DNA of 64,000 bases from contig CAVOXM010000006.1 in NCBI GenBank assembly GCA_963700435.1, positions 224,683 to 288,682 of the forward strand. The letters are read 5' to 3'. This stretch comes from an uncultured Flavobacteriaceae bacterium. Its GTDB lineage: Bacteria > Bacteroidota > Bacteroidia > Flavobacteriales > Flavobacteriaceae. Under the pieces are notes generated by a model. The model worked only from the letters and a program-made list of their open reading frames with translations, was not told where the DNA came from and ran no database searches. A program made the position numbers and the translations under genes. Of this stretch, positions 1 to 9,193 are shown in pieces. Within the stretch, counting starts at the first letter, position 1, and each line of letters starts with the position of its first letter.

Positions 1-872
1 GTCCCTTAAAATTTGAGGAGTTCGAAGCCTTGCAGAACCAGGTGATCTATGTCAGCGCCACCCCCGCGGATTACGAACTGCAGTTGAGCCAAGGCGTTTA
101 TGTGGAACAGGTCATCAGGCCGACCGGTCTGTTGGATCCGATCATCGAGGTAAGGCCAAGCCTGAACCAAATCGACGACTTGGTGGAAGAAATTCAATTG
201 CGGGTGGAGAAGGATGAGAGGACACTGGTGACCACCTTGACCAAGCGCATGGCCGAGGAGTTGGCAAAATACTTGGCAAGGATCAATGTGCGCTGCAGGT
301 ATATCCATAGCGATGTGGATACCCTTGAAAGGGTGGAAATCATGCAAGACCTTAGAAAAGGTGTTTTTGACGTTTTGATCGGTGTCAATTTGTTGCGGGA
401 AGGATTAGATCTGCCGGAGGTATCCCTGGTGGCCATCCTGGACGCCGATAAAGAAGGTTTTTTGCGTAGTAACCGATCATTGACGCAGACCGTGGGCAGG
501 GCGGCCAGGCATCTCAGTGGAAAGGCCATTATGTATGCCGATAAAATCACTGCCAGCATGCAGCGCACCATCGATGAGACCATTTACAGACGGGAGAAAC
601 AAACCGCATACAACCTGGAACATAACATTACCCCTACGGCATTGAACAAAAGTCTTGACAATGTCCTAGCAAAAAATTCGGTGTCGACCTATCATTTTCA
701 GAAAGAGGAACTCAGGGCGGCCGAACCGGATTTGGAGTACCTTACCAAGGATCAGATCGAAAAATTGATTCGCGACAAAAGGAAAGCCATGGAAAAGGCG
801 GCCAAGGAATTGGATTTTATGCAAGCCGCTAAATTGAGGGACGAGATCAAAATGTTACAGGAGCAAGATTGA
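1..872 (+). CDS. uvrB: Excinuclease ABC subunit B, C-terminal part (gene starts before the window)
   Basis: Motifs [50 protein letters not shown] and a C-terminal UVR domain ([11 protein letters not shown]). Confidence 0.98.
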   Translation, partial: PLKFEEFEALQNQVIYVSATPADYELQLSQGVYVEQVIRPTGLLDPIIEVRPSLNQIDDLVEEIQLRVEKDERTLVTTLTKRMAEELAKYLARINVRCRYIHSDVDTLERVEIMQDLRKGVFDVLIGVNLLREGLDLPEVSLVAILDADKEGFLRSNRSLTQTVGRAARHLSGKAIMYADKITASMQRTIDETIYRREKQTAYNLEHNITPTALNKSLDNVLAKNSVSTYHFQKEELRAAEPDLEYLTKDQIEKLIRDKRKAMEKAAKELDFMQAAKLRDEIKMLQEQD

Positions 873-1004
873 GCATACCGTTTAAAAACGCAGCCCGGAA
901 TACATTTACATCAGGTGATTTCTTTAAGTCATTTTATACCTAAAGTACTATATTGACTTAGTATTGAATTATTTAACATCAATTTTTAGATTGGTCTAAA
1001 AAAT

Positions 1005-2585
1005 ATGCTTTACATGGGCTTCCTTTTATTCAAACGTTTTATCGTAAATGGCCATAAGCCCCCAGCCTTCCTCTTGACCGGATGTTTTCTATTCATGTTT
1101 GGTACATGCGCCTGGGCTCAAGATTTTAAGGGTTCGCCTTTGGCCCGGGCGGCCCACGCGAAATTCCCGGAAGCGGTCTCAGCACTTATTTCTTTTTTGG
1201 CGCTCCCCAACGACGGGCATTTTCCCGATCAGGTTCAAAACAATTTGGCCTGGAGCAGGGAAGCTTTTGAGGCGCTGGATTTTAAGGTGCAGGTATTGCC
1301 GACGAAAGGCGCACCCCTACTTTTCGCCGAAAAGTATTATGGCACAAAAAATAAAACCATTTTGTTTTACCTTCAAATCGACGGGCAGCCGGTGGATCGG
1401 TCAAAATGGAGCCAGCCCGATCCCTTTATTGCGGTCATAAAAGCGAAAGACAGCCTAACAGATACCTGGCAGATTCTGGATCGGGAGGAATTGGGAACCG
1501 AATTCAATCCCGATTGGCGCCTGTTTGCGCGATCGGTCTCGGACTCCAAAGGCCCGGCCATGGCCTTTATCAGTGCCCTGGACATCTTGAGGGACCAAAA
1601 AGTGAAACCCCGGTTCAACATCAAGGTAATCATGGATTTTCAGGAAGAAATGGGCTCCCCCTATTTGGCCGACGCGGTCGGGAAATACAAGGAACTTCTC
1701 GGTGCGGATATGATCTTGATCATGGATGGCACCCGTCATCCTTCGAACTTGCCCACGCTTACCTACGGCGCCAGGGGCATTGCCACCGCTACCTTAAAGG
1801 TTTTTGGACCTGTTTATCCATTGCATAGCGGGCAGTATGGTAATTTCGCGCCCAATCCCGTATTCGAGACCGCCCGCCTGCTGGCCGGACTTAAAGACGA
1901 AAATGGCAGGGTGACCTTGCCGGGTTTTTATGATGGCATACACATTTCCGAAAAGGAAAAGAAACTCCTGAACCAAGTACCCGAAGACGTTGAACGACTC
2001 AAAACCAGCCTTGGCATTTCAAGGACCGATGCCATTGGCTCCACGTATCAAGAAGCATTGCAATTCCCCACTTTGAACATTAGGGGATTGCAATCTGCCT
2101 GGGTGGGCACCGAAGTTCGCACCGTAATACCGTCGGAGGTAATCACGGAATTCGATATGCGCCTGGTCCCCGAAACGGATGGAAAAAAGTTGATGGAGCT
2201 GTTGAAAAGCCATATTGCCCAGCAGGGCTACCATTTGGTGGATTCGATGCCCACGGCAAAAGAAAGAAAAACCTATCCCAAACTGGCTTCCTTTCATTAC
2301 CGCCTGGGCTCCCAACCTTTTAGAACCGATATGGACTCCCCCACCGGGGAATTTTTAAATCGGGCGATGTCCAAGGTTTTTGGGGATCAGGTGGTAAACA
2401 TGCGTACTACCGGGGGATCGCAACCCATCGCTCCTTTTATCAATACCTTGCGCATTCCGGCGGTTTCGATAAGAATACCCAATCCGGACAACAGCATCCA
2501 CGCACCGAACGAAAACCTGCGATTGGGCAATTTTTATGAGGGCATATTGAGTTGTTTGGCCATTCTGGAGGAACCTTTCCGATAA
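1005..2585 (+). CDS. M20/M25/M40 family metallo-hydrolase, probably exported
   Basis: Family-like motifs DGQPVD, ARSVSDSKG, FQEEMGS, HSGQYGN, NSIHAPNEN; hydrophobic N-terminus. The true start may be downstream. Confidence 0.85.
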   Translation: MLYMGFLLFKRFIVNGHKPPAFLLTGCFLFMFGTCAWAQDFKGSPLARAAHAKFPEAVSALISFLALPNDGHFPDQVQNNLAWSREAFEALDFKVQVLPTKGAPLLFAEKYYGTKNKTILFYLQIDGQPVDRSKWSQPDPFIAVIKAKDSLTDTWQILDREELGTEFNPDWRLFARSVSDSKGPAMAFISALDILRDQKVKPRFNIKVIMDFQEEMGSPYLADAVGKYKELLGADMILIMDGTRHPSNLPTLTYGARGIATATLKVFGPVYPLHSGQYGNFAPNPVFETARLLAGLKDENGRVTLPGFYDGIHISEKEKKLLNQVPEDVERLKTSLGISRTDAIGSTYQEALQFPTLNIRGLQSAWVGTEVRTVIPSEVITEFDMRLVPETDGKKLMELLKSHIAQQGYHLVDSMPTAKERKTYPKLASFHYRLGSQPFRTDMDSPTGEFLNRAMSKVFGDQVVNMRTTGGSQPIAPFINTLRIPAVSIRIPNPDNSIHAPNENLRLGNFYEGILSCLAILEEPFR

Positions 2586-2620
2586 AAAAGCGCCCCTACC
2601 CATGGGGTAAGGACGCCTTT
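2584..2620. terminator. Bidirectional intrinsic terminator between the M20 gene and hsp20
   Basis: A-tract followed by a GC-rich hairpin (gcgcccctaccc..gggtaaggacgc) and T residues, between convergent genes. Confidence 0.75.
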
Positions 2621-2672
2621 CAACTAACCAACTTAACCAACCATTATGAAATTCCACCGAGCGGTGGATACT
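2584..2672 (-). ncRNA. Candidate 3'UTR-derived small RNA of hsp20
   Basis: Hairpin TCCACC/GGTGGA, then UUUCAUAAUGGUUGGUUAAGUUGGUUAGUUG, then the terminator. Sequence architecture only. Confidence 0.35.
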
Positions 2673-2690
2673 CACAATATCTAAATTCCG

Positions 2691-3116
2691 TTACGACAAT
2701 TGGATCATTCTTTTGGGCTTTGGCAAGGCCTCGGCTTTTTTGGGAAGTGTCAATTTCAAAATACCGTCTTCATACTTGGCCCCAATTTTATCGGCATTGA
2801 TCGTTTTGGGCAAGGTGAAGGATCTTTTGAAAGAATTATGCACAAATTCCCGTCTGGTGTAATTTTCTTCTTCTTTGGACGAATCAGATTTAGATTCGTA
2901 GGAAATGGTCAACAGTTCGTTTTCCACTTCGATATGGAAATCCTCTTTTTTTCTGCCGGGAACGGCTAGTTCCAAACCAAAATCCTTCTCATTTTCCTTG
3001 ATATTGACCGCGGGTAGGGCATTGGAAAGGTTCTCTAAGCCGCCAAACCAATCTGGTCTAAAAAGTTCGTTCATCAAGGAAGGAAATACCAGGTCGTTTC
3101 TTTTTACTATACTCAT
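2691..3116 (-). CDS. Hsp20/alpha-crystallin small heat shock protein
   Basis: Motifs PAVNIKE, LAVPG, RREF..SFKRSFTLP, AKYEDGILKLTLPK. Confidence 0.96.
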   Translation of the reverse strand: MSIVKRNDLVFPSLMNELFRPDWFGGLENLSNALPAVNIKENEKDFGLELAVPGRKKEDFHIEVENELLTISYESKSDSSKEEENYTRREFVHNSFKRSFTLPKTINADKIGAKYEDGILKLTLPKKAEALPKPKRMIQLS

Positions 3117-3168
3117 GGCTATAAAATTTTAAAGTTGTTATTATTTTAATTAAGTTCTTCATTGCAAA

Positions 3169-3184
3169 AGCAAATCCCATACCA
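3169..3184 (-). promoter_or_regulatory. sigma54-like -24/-12 promoter of hsp20
   Basis: Minus strand TGGTATGGGATTTGCT matches TGGCACG-N4-TTGCW with correct GG-N10-GC spacing. Confidence 0.6.
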
Positions 3185-3477
3185 CGTCGATAAATCTGCC
3201 TTTATGTCGGTGTTTTATACATAAAAGATGTCGTTTTGTCGCTTTTTGATGGATTTTCAACCTTTTGCCCTTGCGATTGCCCCAAGAAATTTATTAAAGG
3301 GCATTTCCTGGAATATCACTACCGTTGAGAAAATCGCAAGCGTAAAGGGAATTCATTTGAAGCGGCTTGGGAAAAAATAGTGCCTCTCTTTCTTGATTAC
3401 CCAAAATATTCAAGCAAAATGGGCGATGCCCTTACCATCGTTCGTCAATAAATGATAACTTGCCAAAAAATGAGGTC

Positions 3478-3858
3478 ATGAGCAATAACGATGTGTTTAA
3501 AAAACTTAGGGTAGCCCTGATGCTTAGGGACGATGATATCGTGGACATTCTAAAATTGGTCGACTTCAAAATAAGCAAAACCGAACTGAGCGCTTTTTTC
3601 AGAAAGGAGGACCATCCCAACTATGTAGCCTGTGGCGATCAAATCCTTCGGAATTTTTTGAATGGTCTGGTCATCTATTTAAGGGGCACCAAAGAGCACC
3701 CCAAGTATCCGGGCGATGTCCTCGGAAAAAATAAAAAGGGTACTAAAACGCCCTCGGGCGGGAGCAAGACCTCCAAACCAAGTTTCAAGACGCAACAACA
3801 ACATCGGATGGAAAAGGAAGTGAGTCCGGTGCGTTATAAAAACAAAAAAAAATCCTGA
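3478..3858 (+). CDS. DUF1456 (YehS-like) family protein
   Basis: MSNNDVFKKLRVAL...ELSAFFRKEDHPNY..CGDQILRNFLNGL, followed by a basic low-complexity tail. Confidence 0.85.
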   Translation: MSNNDVFKKLRVALMLRDDDIVDILKLVDFKISKTELSAFFRKEDHPNYVACGDQILRNFLNGLVIYLRGTKEHPKYPGDVLGKNKKGTKTPSGGSKTSKPSFKTQQQHRMEKEVSPVRYKNKKKS

Positions 3859-3901
3859 GCCTTTTAATCAGACCCAGGATTTTTGAACTACAATAAAGGT
3901 A

Positions 3902-4240
3902 TTAGGCCGAAATCGATACCGATACGGTATATTTCTTTCCTTCCTCAAAAGAGGACAAATCCACTTCATGGTAATTAAGGCTTGCCTTGATAAAGGCATC
4001 CAAGGTTGCGTCATCCGTGTCGACGGACAGTACCACGATTTCCCTTTCACTGTTCAAGGTAAACAACACCTGGGCGGTTTTGCCCTGTTCATCGGAGCTG
4101 AAATTGTTATTCCTCAGCAGATCTTTGATCTGTTCGGATAGGCTTTTGGAAGGATCCTTTCCCATAGTGGGATTATTGGCCAATATACTTCCAGTGGAAA
4201 GTAGCATTGCAGCTACCAGTAACAAACTGATTTTTCTCAT
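3902..4240 (-). CDS. Small secreted hypothetical protein
   Basis: Sec signal peptide MRKISLLLVAAMLLSTGSILA and an A-rich leader. Confidence 0.8.
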   Translation of the reverse strand: MRKISLLLVAAMLLSTGSILANNPTMGKDPSKSLSEQIKDLLRNNNFSSDEQGKTAQVLFTLNSEREIVVLSVDTDDATLDAFIKASLNYHEVDLSSFEEGKKYTVSVSISA

Positions 4241-4284
4241 GATTTTTGTTTTTTAATTGATGATTAATTGATGAATTACTTAAA

Positions 4285-4311
4285 AGACGCCCTACTTCTG
4301 GGAATGTTACA
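4285..4311 (-). promoter_or_regulatory. ECF-sigma-type promoter candidate
   Basis: Minus strand TGTAAC-N15-GCGTCT (AAC-N16-CGTC), 45 nt upstream of the 4240 start codon. Confidence 0.45.
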
Positions 4312-4410
4312 GATATTTCCATTTTTAACACATTTTTAATGGAATACCATAGTCCGGTAGGTCCGGGAGAGGGGGCGATCGGTTTTGGCAAGATCTTCAT
4401 TACAGGCCGT

Positions 4411-4437
4411 AAAAAAAGCCGTACAAGGTACGGCTTT
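4411..4437 (-). terminator. Terminator of sucC
   Basis: aaaaaaagccgtac-aag-gtacggcttt hairpin with a U-tract on the minus strand. Confidence 0.8.
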
Positions 4438-4462
4438 ATAGAATTTATGGATATGACCAAGA

Positions 4463-5656
4463 CTAGGCAAGGACCGCCTTTACCTTATCGGCCGCTTCCT
4501 GGAACTGAACGGCGGAATGTACGGCCAAACCGGAGTTGTCGATGATTTCCTTTGCCAACTCCGCATTGGTACCCTGCAACCTTACGATGATGGGTACTTT
4601 TATGGCATCCCCCATATTCTTGTAGGCATCCACTATGCCATGGGCCACCCGGTCACACCTTACAATGCCTCCGAAGATGTTGATCAATATCGCTTTCACC
4701 GCAGGATCTTTCAAGATAATGCGAAAAGCTTCCTCAACCCTTTTGGCATCGGCCGTTCCACCAACGTCCAAGAAGTTGGCGGGCTCTCCTCCGGCCATTT
4801 TGATCAAATCCATGGTTGCCATGGCCAGTCCGGCACCGTTGACCATACAACCAACGTTACCGTCGAGGTCTACGTAATTCAGGCCTACTTCCCGGGCTTC
4901 CACCTCTATCGGGTTTTCTTCCCTCAAATCGCGCATCTCGGCATAGGCCTTTCTGCGGTAAAGGGCATTATCGTCGATCGATACTTTGGCGTCGACTGCA
5001 AGGATTTTATCATCGGAAGTCTTTAAGACCGGGTTGATTTCGAACATGTTCGAATCACTCTCCACATAGGCTTTATATAAGGAGGTCACAAACTTGGTCA
5101 TTTCCTTAAAGGCATTGCCTGAAAGACCGAGGTTGAACGCGATCTTTCGGGCCTGAAAAGGCAAAATGCCGGTTGCCGGATTGATTTCCTCAGTAAATAT
5201 TAAATGGGGCGTTTTTTCGGCCACTTCCTCTATATCCATCCCCCCTTCCGTGGAATACATGATCATATTTCGAGCGGTTCCACGGTTGAGCAGCACCGAC
5301 ATATAGAACTCCTTGGTATCGCTGGGCCCAGGATAATAAACATCTTCCGCTATCAAAACCTTGTGTACCCTTTTACCCTGTGCAGAGGTTTGCGGGGTAA
5401 TCAGGTTCATCCCGATGATCTTTCCAGCAATCTCTTCTACCTCCTTCAGGTTTTTGGCCAATTTGACCCCACCGCCTTTTCCCCTGCCACCTGCATGCAC
5501 CTGTGCTTTGATGACGTGCCATCCTGTCCCGGTTTCCGCGGTAAGTTGTTTTGCGGCTTCCACGGCCTCCTTGGCATTGTGCGCTACGATGCCGCGCTGG
5601 ATACGCACACCAAAACTGGCCAAAATTTCTTTTCCTTGGTATTCATGAAGGTTCAT
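4463..5656 (-). CDS. sucC: Succinyl-CoA ligase (ADP-forming) beta subunit
   Basis: Motifs MNLHEYQGK, KAQVHAGGRGKGGGV, EINP, VNGAGLAMATMD, NIFGGIVRCD. Confidence 0.98.
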   Translation of the reverse strand: MNLHEYQGKEILASFGVRIQRGIVAHNAKEAVEAAKQLTAETGTGWHVIKAQVHAGGRGKGGGVKLAKNLKEVEEIAGKIIGMNLITPQTSAQGKRVHKVLIAEDVYYPGPSDTKEFYMSVLLNRGTARNMIMYSTEGGMDIEEVAEKTPHLIFTEEINPATGILPFQARKIAFNLGLSGNAFKEMTKFVTSLYKAYVESDSNMFEINPVLKTSDDKILAVDAKVSIDDNALYRRKAYAEMRDLREENPIEVEAREVGLNYVDLDGNVGCMVNGAGLAMATMDLIKMAGGEPANFLDVGGTADAKRVEEAFRIILKDPAVKAILINIFGGIVRCDRVAHGIVDAYKNMGDAIKVPIIVRLQGTNAELAKEIIDNSGLAVHSAVQFQEAADKVKAVLA

Positions 5657-5818
5657 ATGTGAGGTGTCTTTAGGTTTGGAAGCAAAAATAGCAAACGATT
5701 CGGATTTACACTAATCATTGGAACATCAAGCTGGTGGAGATTATGTTCTTGTGGGTCCAAATTGGGTATTACATTTCATGAATGCAACCGTCAGGGGGCG
5801 GTGAGCAGCCGTTAAGGA

Positions 5819-6463
5819 CTAGTTGTACCCCTCGATACCCTCAAAATCCAAGGGGTCGAAATTCTTGAAATCCCCATTCAGGGCGATGGTCTTTTTGGTC
5901 CGTTCCACTTCATTCAAAATGGCAATCGTGGTGTTCAAATGCCTTTTGATATAGTTCAATCGGTCACGCTCACCGGGAATGAGCAAAAGTTCATATTCCT
6001 GTTCCATCGACAAGCCCATTTTATGCGCCAGTACAAAGCTGTGGAACTTGTCGACCGATATAGGCGTGAATGGCACATCCATTAAGGCATAGAGTTCCTG
6101 AATACCGACCAGTACTTGCTGTCTCAATTCAGGCTCGGAATCGTTGGTATTATCCAAAAACGCAACTTCTCCGCCGGCATAAAGCTTGCCCGGCAATTGG
6201 TTCTCAAAGGACAGTATTTTGAAGACCTGACGTGCCACACAAGTCACGTCCATTTCCCCTCCGGCATAGGTATTCACTACCTCGACCAACTGTACTTCCG
6301 TTCCATAGGCAAGACCGTTACTGATATAAACCGGAATTCCAAAGGTGATCGCCTCAGCCCTGCAGTCGAGTATCAACTGCTTGTACCGTTCCTCAAAAAT
6401 ATGCAAGGGAACGGTCTCACCCGGGAAGAATATCGAACGCAATGGAAAAAAAGGAAGTTTCAT
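5819..6463 (-). CDS. Stand-alone LON peptidase substrate-binding (N-terminal) domain protein
   Basis: Begins LPFFPL..FFPGETVPLHIFEERYKQL; no AAA+ or protease domain. Confidence 0.88.
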   Translation of the reverse strand: MKLPFFPLRSIFFPGETVPLHIFEERYKQLILDCRAEAITFGIPVYISNGLAYGTEVQLVEVVNTYAGGEMDVTCVARQVFKILSFENQLPGKLYAGGEVAFLDNTNDSEPELRQQVLVGIQELYALMDVPFTPISVDKFHSFVLAHKMGLSMEQEYELLLIPGERDRLNYIKRHLNTTIAILNEVERTKKTIALNGDFKNFDPLDFEGIEGYN

Positions 6464-6694
6464 GAAATGGATTTAATTTAATTGGCATCAACGGCTTAAG
6501 GAAGTGCTGACCATTCGAAAAGCCATCGGTTTAAGGAAAAGTCAATACGCTTTAAAATTACAACAGTTCATGCAGTTTGCAAAAGGAATCTTATTGTTTC
6601 ATACGTAACAATTTGTTGTATTTATTAATAATCGCCGGGATTTTTTGTACATCACGAACGATCCACTTAGATTTGCCCAAAATTATGGTGCATT

Positions 6695-7936
6695 ATGAAG
6701 AATGAAGACTTGCTTAAGATTGCAAAAACCTTTGGTGATCCCGTCTATGTTTATGATTCCGAAAAAATCATTTCCCAATTCGATCGACTGACCAAGGCTT
6801 TCAGCAGTGTAAAAAAATTAAGGCTCAACTACGCGGCAAAAGCGCTCTCCAATATCAGTATCTTAAAATTGATGAACAGTTTGGGCAGCGGTTTGGATAC
6901 CGTTTCCATCCAAGAGGTAAGACTGGGTTTAATGGCCGGATTCGATCCCGAATCGATCATCTTTACGCCCAATGGGGTTTCCCTGGAGGAAATAGAGCAA
7001 GCTGCCGAACTGGGCGTCCGGATCAATATAGACAACCTGTCGATTTTGGAACAGTTCGGAGGTAAGCACCCCGATACACCGGTATGCATCAGAATCAATC
7101 CACATGTGATGGCAGGGGGCAATTCGAATATCTCCGTGGGACATATCGACTCCAAGTTCGGTATCAGCATCCACCAAATACCGCACCTGTTGCGCATTGT
7201 GAACCTGACCAAAATGAACATCAATGGCATACACATGCATACCGGCAGCGATATCTTGGACATCGATGTATTTTTGTATGCCTCCGAAATTCTGTTCGAA
7301 ACCGCCAAACATTTTAAAAACCTTGATTTTATTGATTTTGGAAGCGGTTTCAAGGTTCCTTATAAAGCGGGTGACATCGAGACCAATGTGGAGGAACTGG
7401 GTAAAAAACTGGGATCGAGATTCAATGAATTTTGTGAAGAATATGGCAAGGATTTGACCCTTGCTTTTGAACCGGGCAAATTTTTGGTGAGCGAGGCCGG
7501 TTATTTCCTGGCCAAGGTCAATGTGGTGAAGCAGACCACCTCAACGGTTTTCGCGAGTGTTGACAGCGGCTTCAACCATTTGATTCGTCCGATGCTCTAT
7601 GGGGCATCGCACCAGATCATCAACATATCCAATCCCGAGGGCAGGGAAAGATTTTATTCGGTGGTCGGCTATATCTGTGAAACAGACACTTTTGCCAGCA
7701 ACAGGCGCATCAACGAAATTTCGGAAGGGGATATTCTCTGTTTCAAAAATGCAGGGGCCTACTGTTTTACCATGGCGAGCAACTACAACTCCAGGTATCG
7801 ACCGCCGGAAGTACTCTGGCACAAAGGCAAGGCCGTCCTGATCCGGGAAAGGGAGACCTTCGAAGATCTTATCCAAAATCAAGTGGATGTCAAAGATCTG
7901 TTTTCCCCAAAAAAGGAGAAGGTAGCCGTAAAATAA
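6695..7936 (+). CDS. lysA: Diaminopimelate decarboxylase
   Basis: PLP lysine in YAAKA; motifs SKFGI, HMHTGS, EPGKFLV, GYICETD, GAYCFTMASNYN. Promoter TAGATTTG at 6668-6675. Confidence 0.97.
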   Translation: MKNEDLLKIAKTFGDPVYVYDSEKIISQFDRLTKAFSSVKKLRLNYAAKALSNISILKLMNSLGSGLDTVSIQEVRLGLMAGFDPESIIFTPNGVSLEEIEQAAELGVRINIDNLSILEQFGGKHPDTPVCIRINPHVMAGGNSNISVGHIDSKFGISIHQIPHLLRIVNLTKMNINGIHMHTGSDILDIDVFLYASEILFETAKHFKNLDFIDFGSGFKVPYKAGDIETNVEELGKKLGSRFNEFCEEYGKDLTLAFEPGKFLVSEAGYFLAKVNVVKQTTSTVFASVDSGFNHLIRPMLYGASHQIINISNPEGRERFYSVVGYICETDTFASNRRINEISEGDILCFKNAGAYCFTMASNYNSRYRPPEVLWHKGKAVLIRERETFEDLIQNQVDVKDLFSPKKEKVAVK

Positions 7937-7996
7937 TCTTGCTTTTTTTTCGTTAGCTTTGTAGTCATTTAGGGACCTATCCCTCAAAAACATGCA

Positions 7997-8530
7997 ATGA
8001 AAAAAGTTTTACGATCCTTATTTACAAGCGGAATTTTACTGGGATTGTTATTGGTCGTAGTCGAAACCAATGCCCAATCGGTAAATTGGTTGAGCTGGAA
8101 TGAGGCGGCCAAACTGGCCGAGACCGATACCACCCCAAAAAAGATTTTCATCGATATCTATACCGATTGGTGCGGATGGTGTAAAAAAATGGATGCGGAT
8201 ACCTTCCAAAATCCTGAAGTTGCGGCCTATATGGCCAAAAATTTCTATATGGTGAAGTTGGATGGAGAAGGCAAGGAACCCATCGTATTCAAAGGTAAAA
8301 CCTACAAATTTGTCCCATCTGGAAGAAAAGGTTACCATGAATTCGCCGCGGCTTTGATGCAGGGCAGAATGAGTTATCCCACCACCGTATTCCTAGATGA
8401 AAAATTGAACATGCTTTCCCCGGTGCCCGGTTACCAAAAACCGGAACCCTTTTTGAATATCGCCCGCTATTTTGGGGATGACATCTATAAAGAGAAAGAC
8501 TGGAAGGCCTATTCCAGTAACGGAAAATAA
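7997..8530 (+). CDS. Exported thioredoxin-family protein
   Basis: Signal peptide, WCGWCKKMD CxxC motif and a YPT cis-Pro loop. Confidence 0.9.
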   Translation: MKKVLRSLFTSGILLGLLLVVVETNAQSVNWLSWNEAAKLAETDTTPKKIFIDIYTDWCGWCKKMDADTFQNPEVAAYMAKNFYMVKLDGEGKEPIVFKGKTYKFVPSGRKGYHEFAAALMQGRMSYPTTVFLDEKLNMLSPVPGYQKPEPFLNIARYFGDDIYKEKDWKAYSSNGK

Positions 8531-8542
8531 CCAGCCGATCAT

Positions 8543-9187
8543 TTACGACTTCTGCGCCACCGTGGCATATTGCAGGTAAAACATATCCATCGCCGTGAAC
8601 AGGAAGGGAATGTTATACAGATAGGGTTTTATCGATCTGGTCCGATTGATGCCCTCATGACTCACGACCTTATAGCCCAAGGTGGAGTACATCCGTACGA
8701 TGCTTTTTTTGGTAAAGAACCTTAGGTGGGTCTGGTCAAAAATACCGTGCGACTCGTAGGGCCAGTCTTTTTGAAGCATTATTTTTTTGAAGGCATCGTG
8801 ATACCTGATGTTGGGAATCGAACTGATGACGACCCCCCTGCCCGTCAACTTGTTCTTCAATGCCTTCAGAACGAGATAGGGATCCACCAAATGTTCCAGG
8901 ACATCGTTGCAATAGATCACATCAAAATAATCATCGGGAAGTTCTTTCAAAAAATCCTCACAAGGGCCTATAAAAACCTTATCCAGTTTATTCATGGCCT
9001 CCTTGCCGGGCCCGGGCATCAGCTCGATGCCCCAAGCCTCCAAATCATACTTTTTTTTGATTTGGGCCGCGAAACTGCCCCCGCCGCAACCGATATCCAA
9101 TAATGTATTTGCCGTGTTGGGCATATAGGCCATCATCTCCGGGCGACCATGGCTAAAATAATCGTCGTCTTTGTTATCGTAATCCAT
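8543..9187 (-). CDS. Class I SAM-dependent methyltransferase
   Basis: Motifs LLDIGCGGG, FDVIYCNDVLEHL, THLRFFT. Confidence 0.9.
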   Translation of the reverse strand: MDYDNKDDDYFSHGRPEMMAYMPNTANTLLDIGCGGGSFAAQIKKKYDLEAWGIELMPGPGKEAMNKLDKVFIGPCEDFLKELPDDYFDVIYCNDVLEHLVDPYLVLKALKNKLTGRGVVISSIPNIRYHDAFKKIMLQKDWPYESHGIFDQTHLRFFTKKSIVRMYSTLGYKVVSHEGINRTRSIKPYLYNIPFLFTAMDMFYLQYATVAQKS

Positions 9188-9193
9188 AACTGC

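Noticed and set aside
6464-6694. Lysine riboswitch upstream of lysA
   Set aside because: The promoter TAGATTTG is only about 20 nt from the ATG, which leaves no room for an aptamer.
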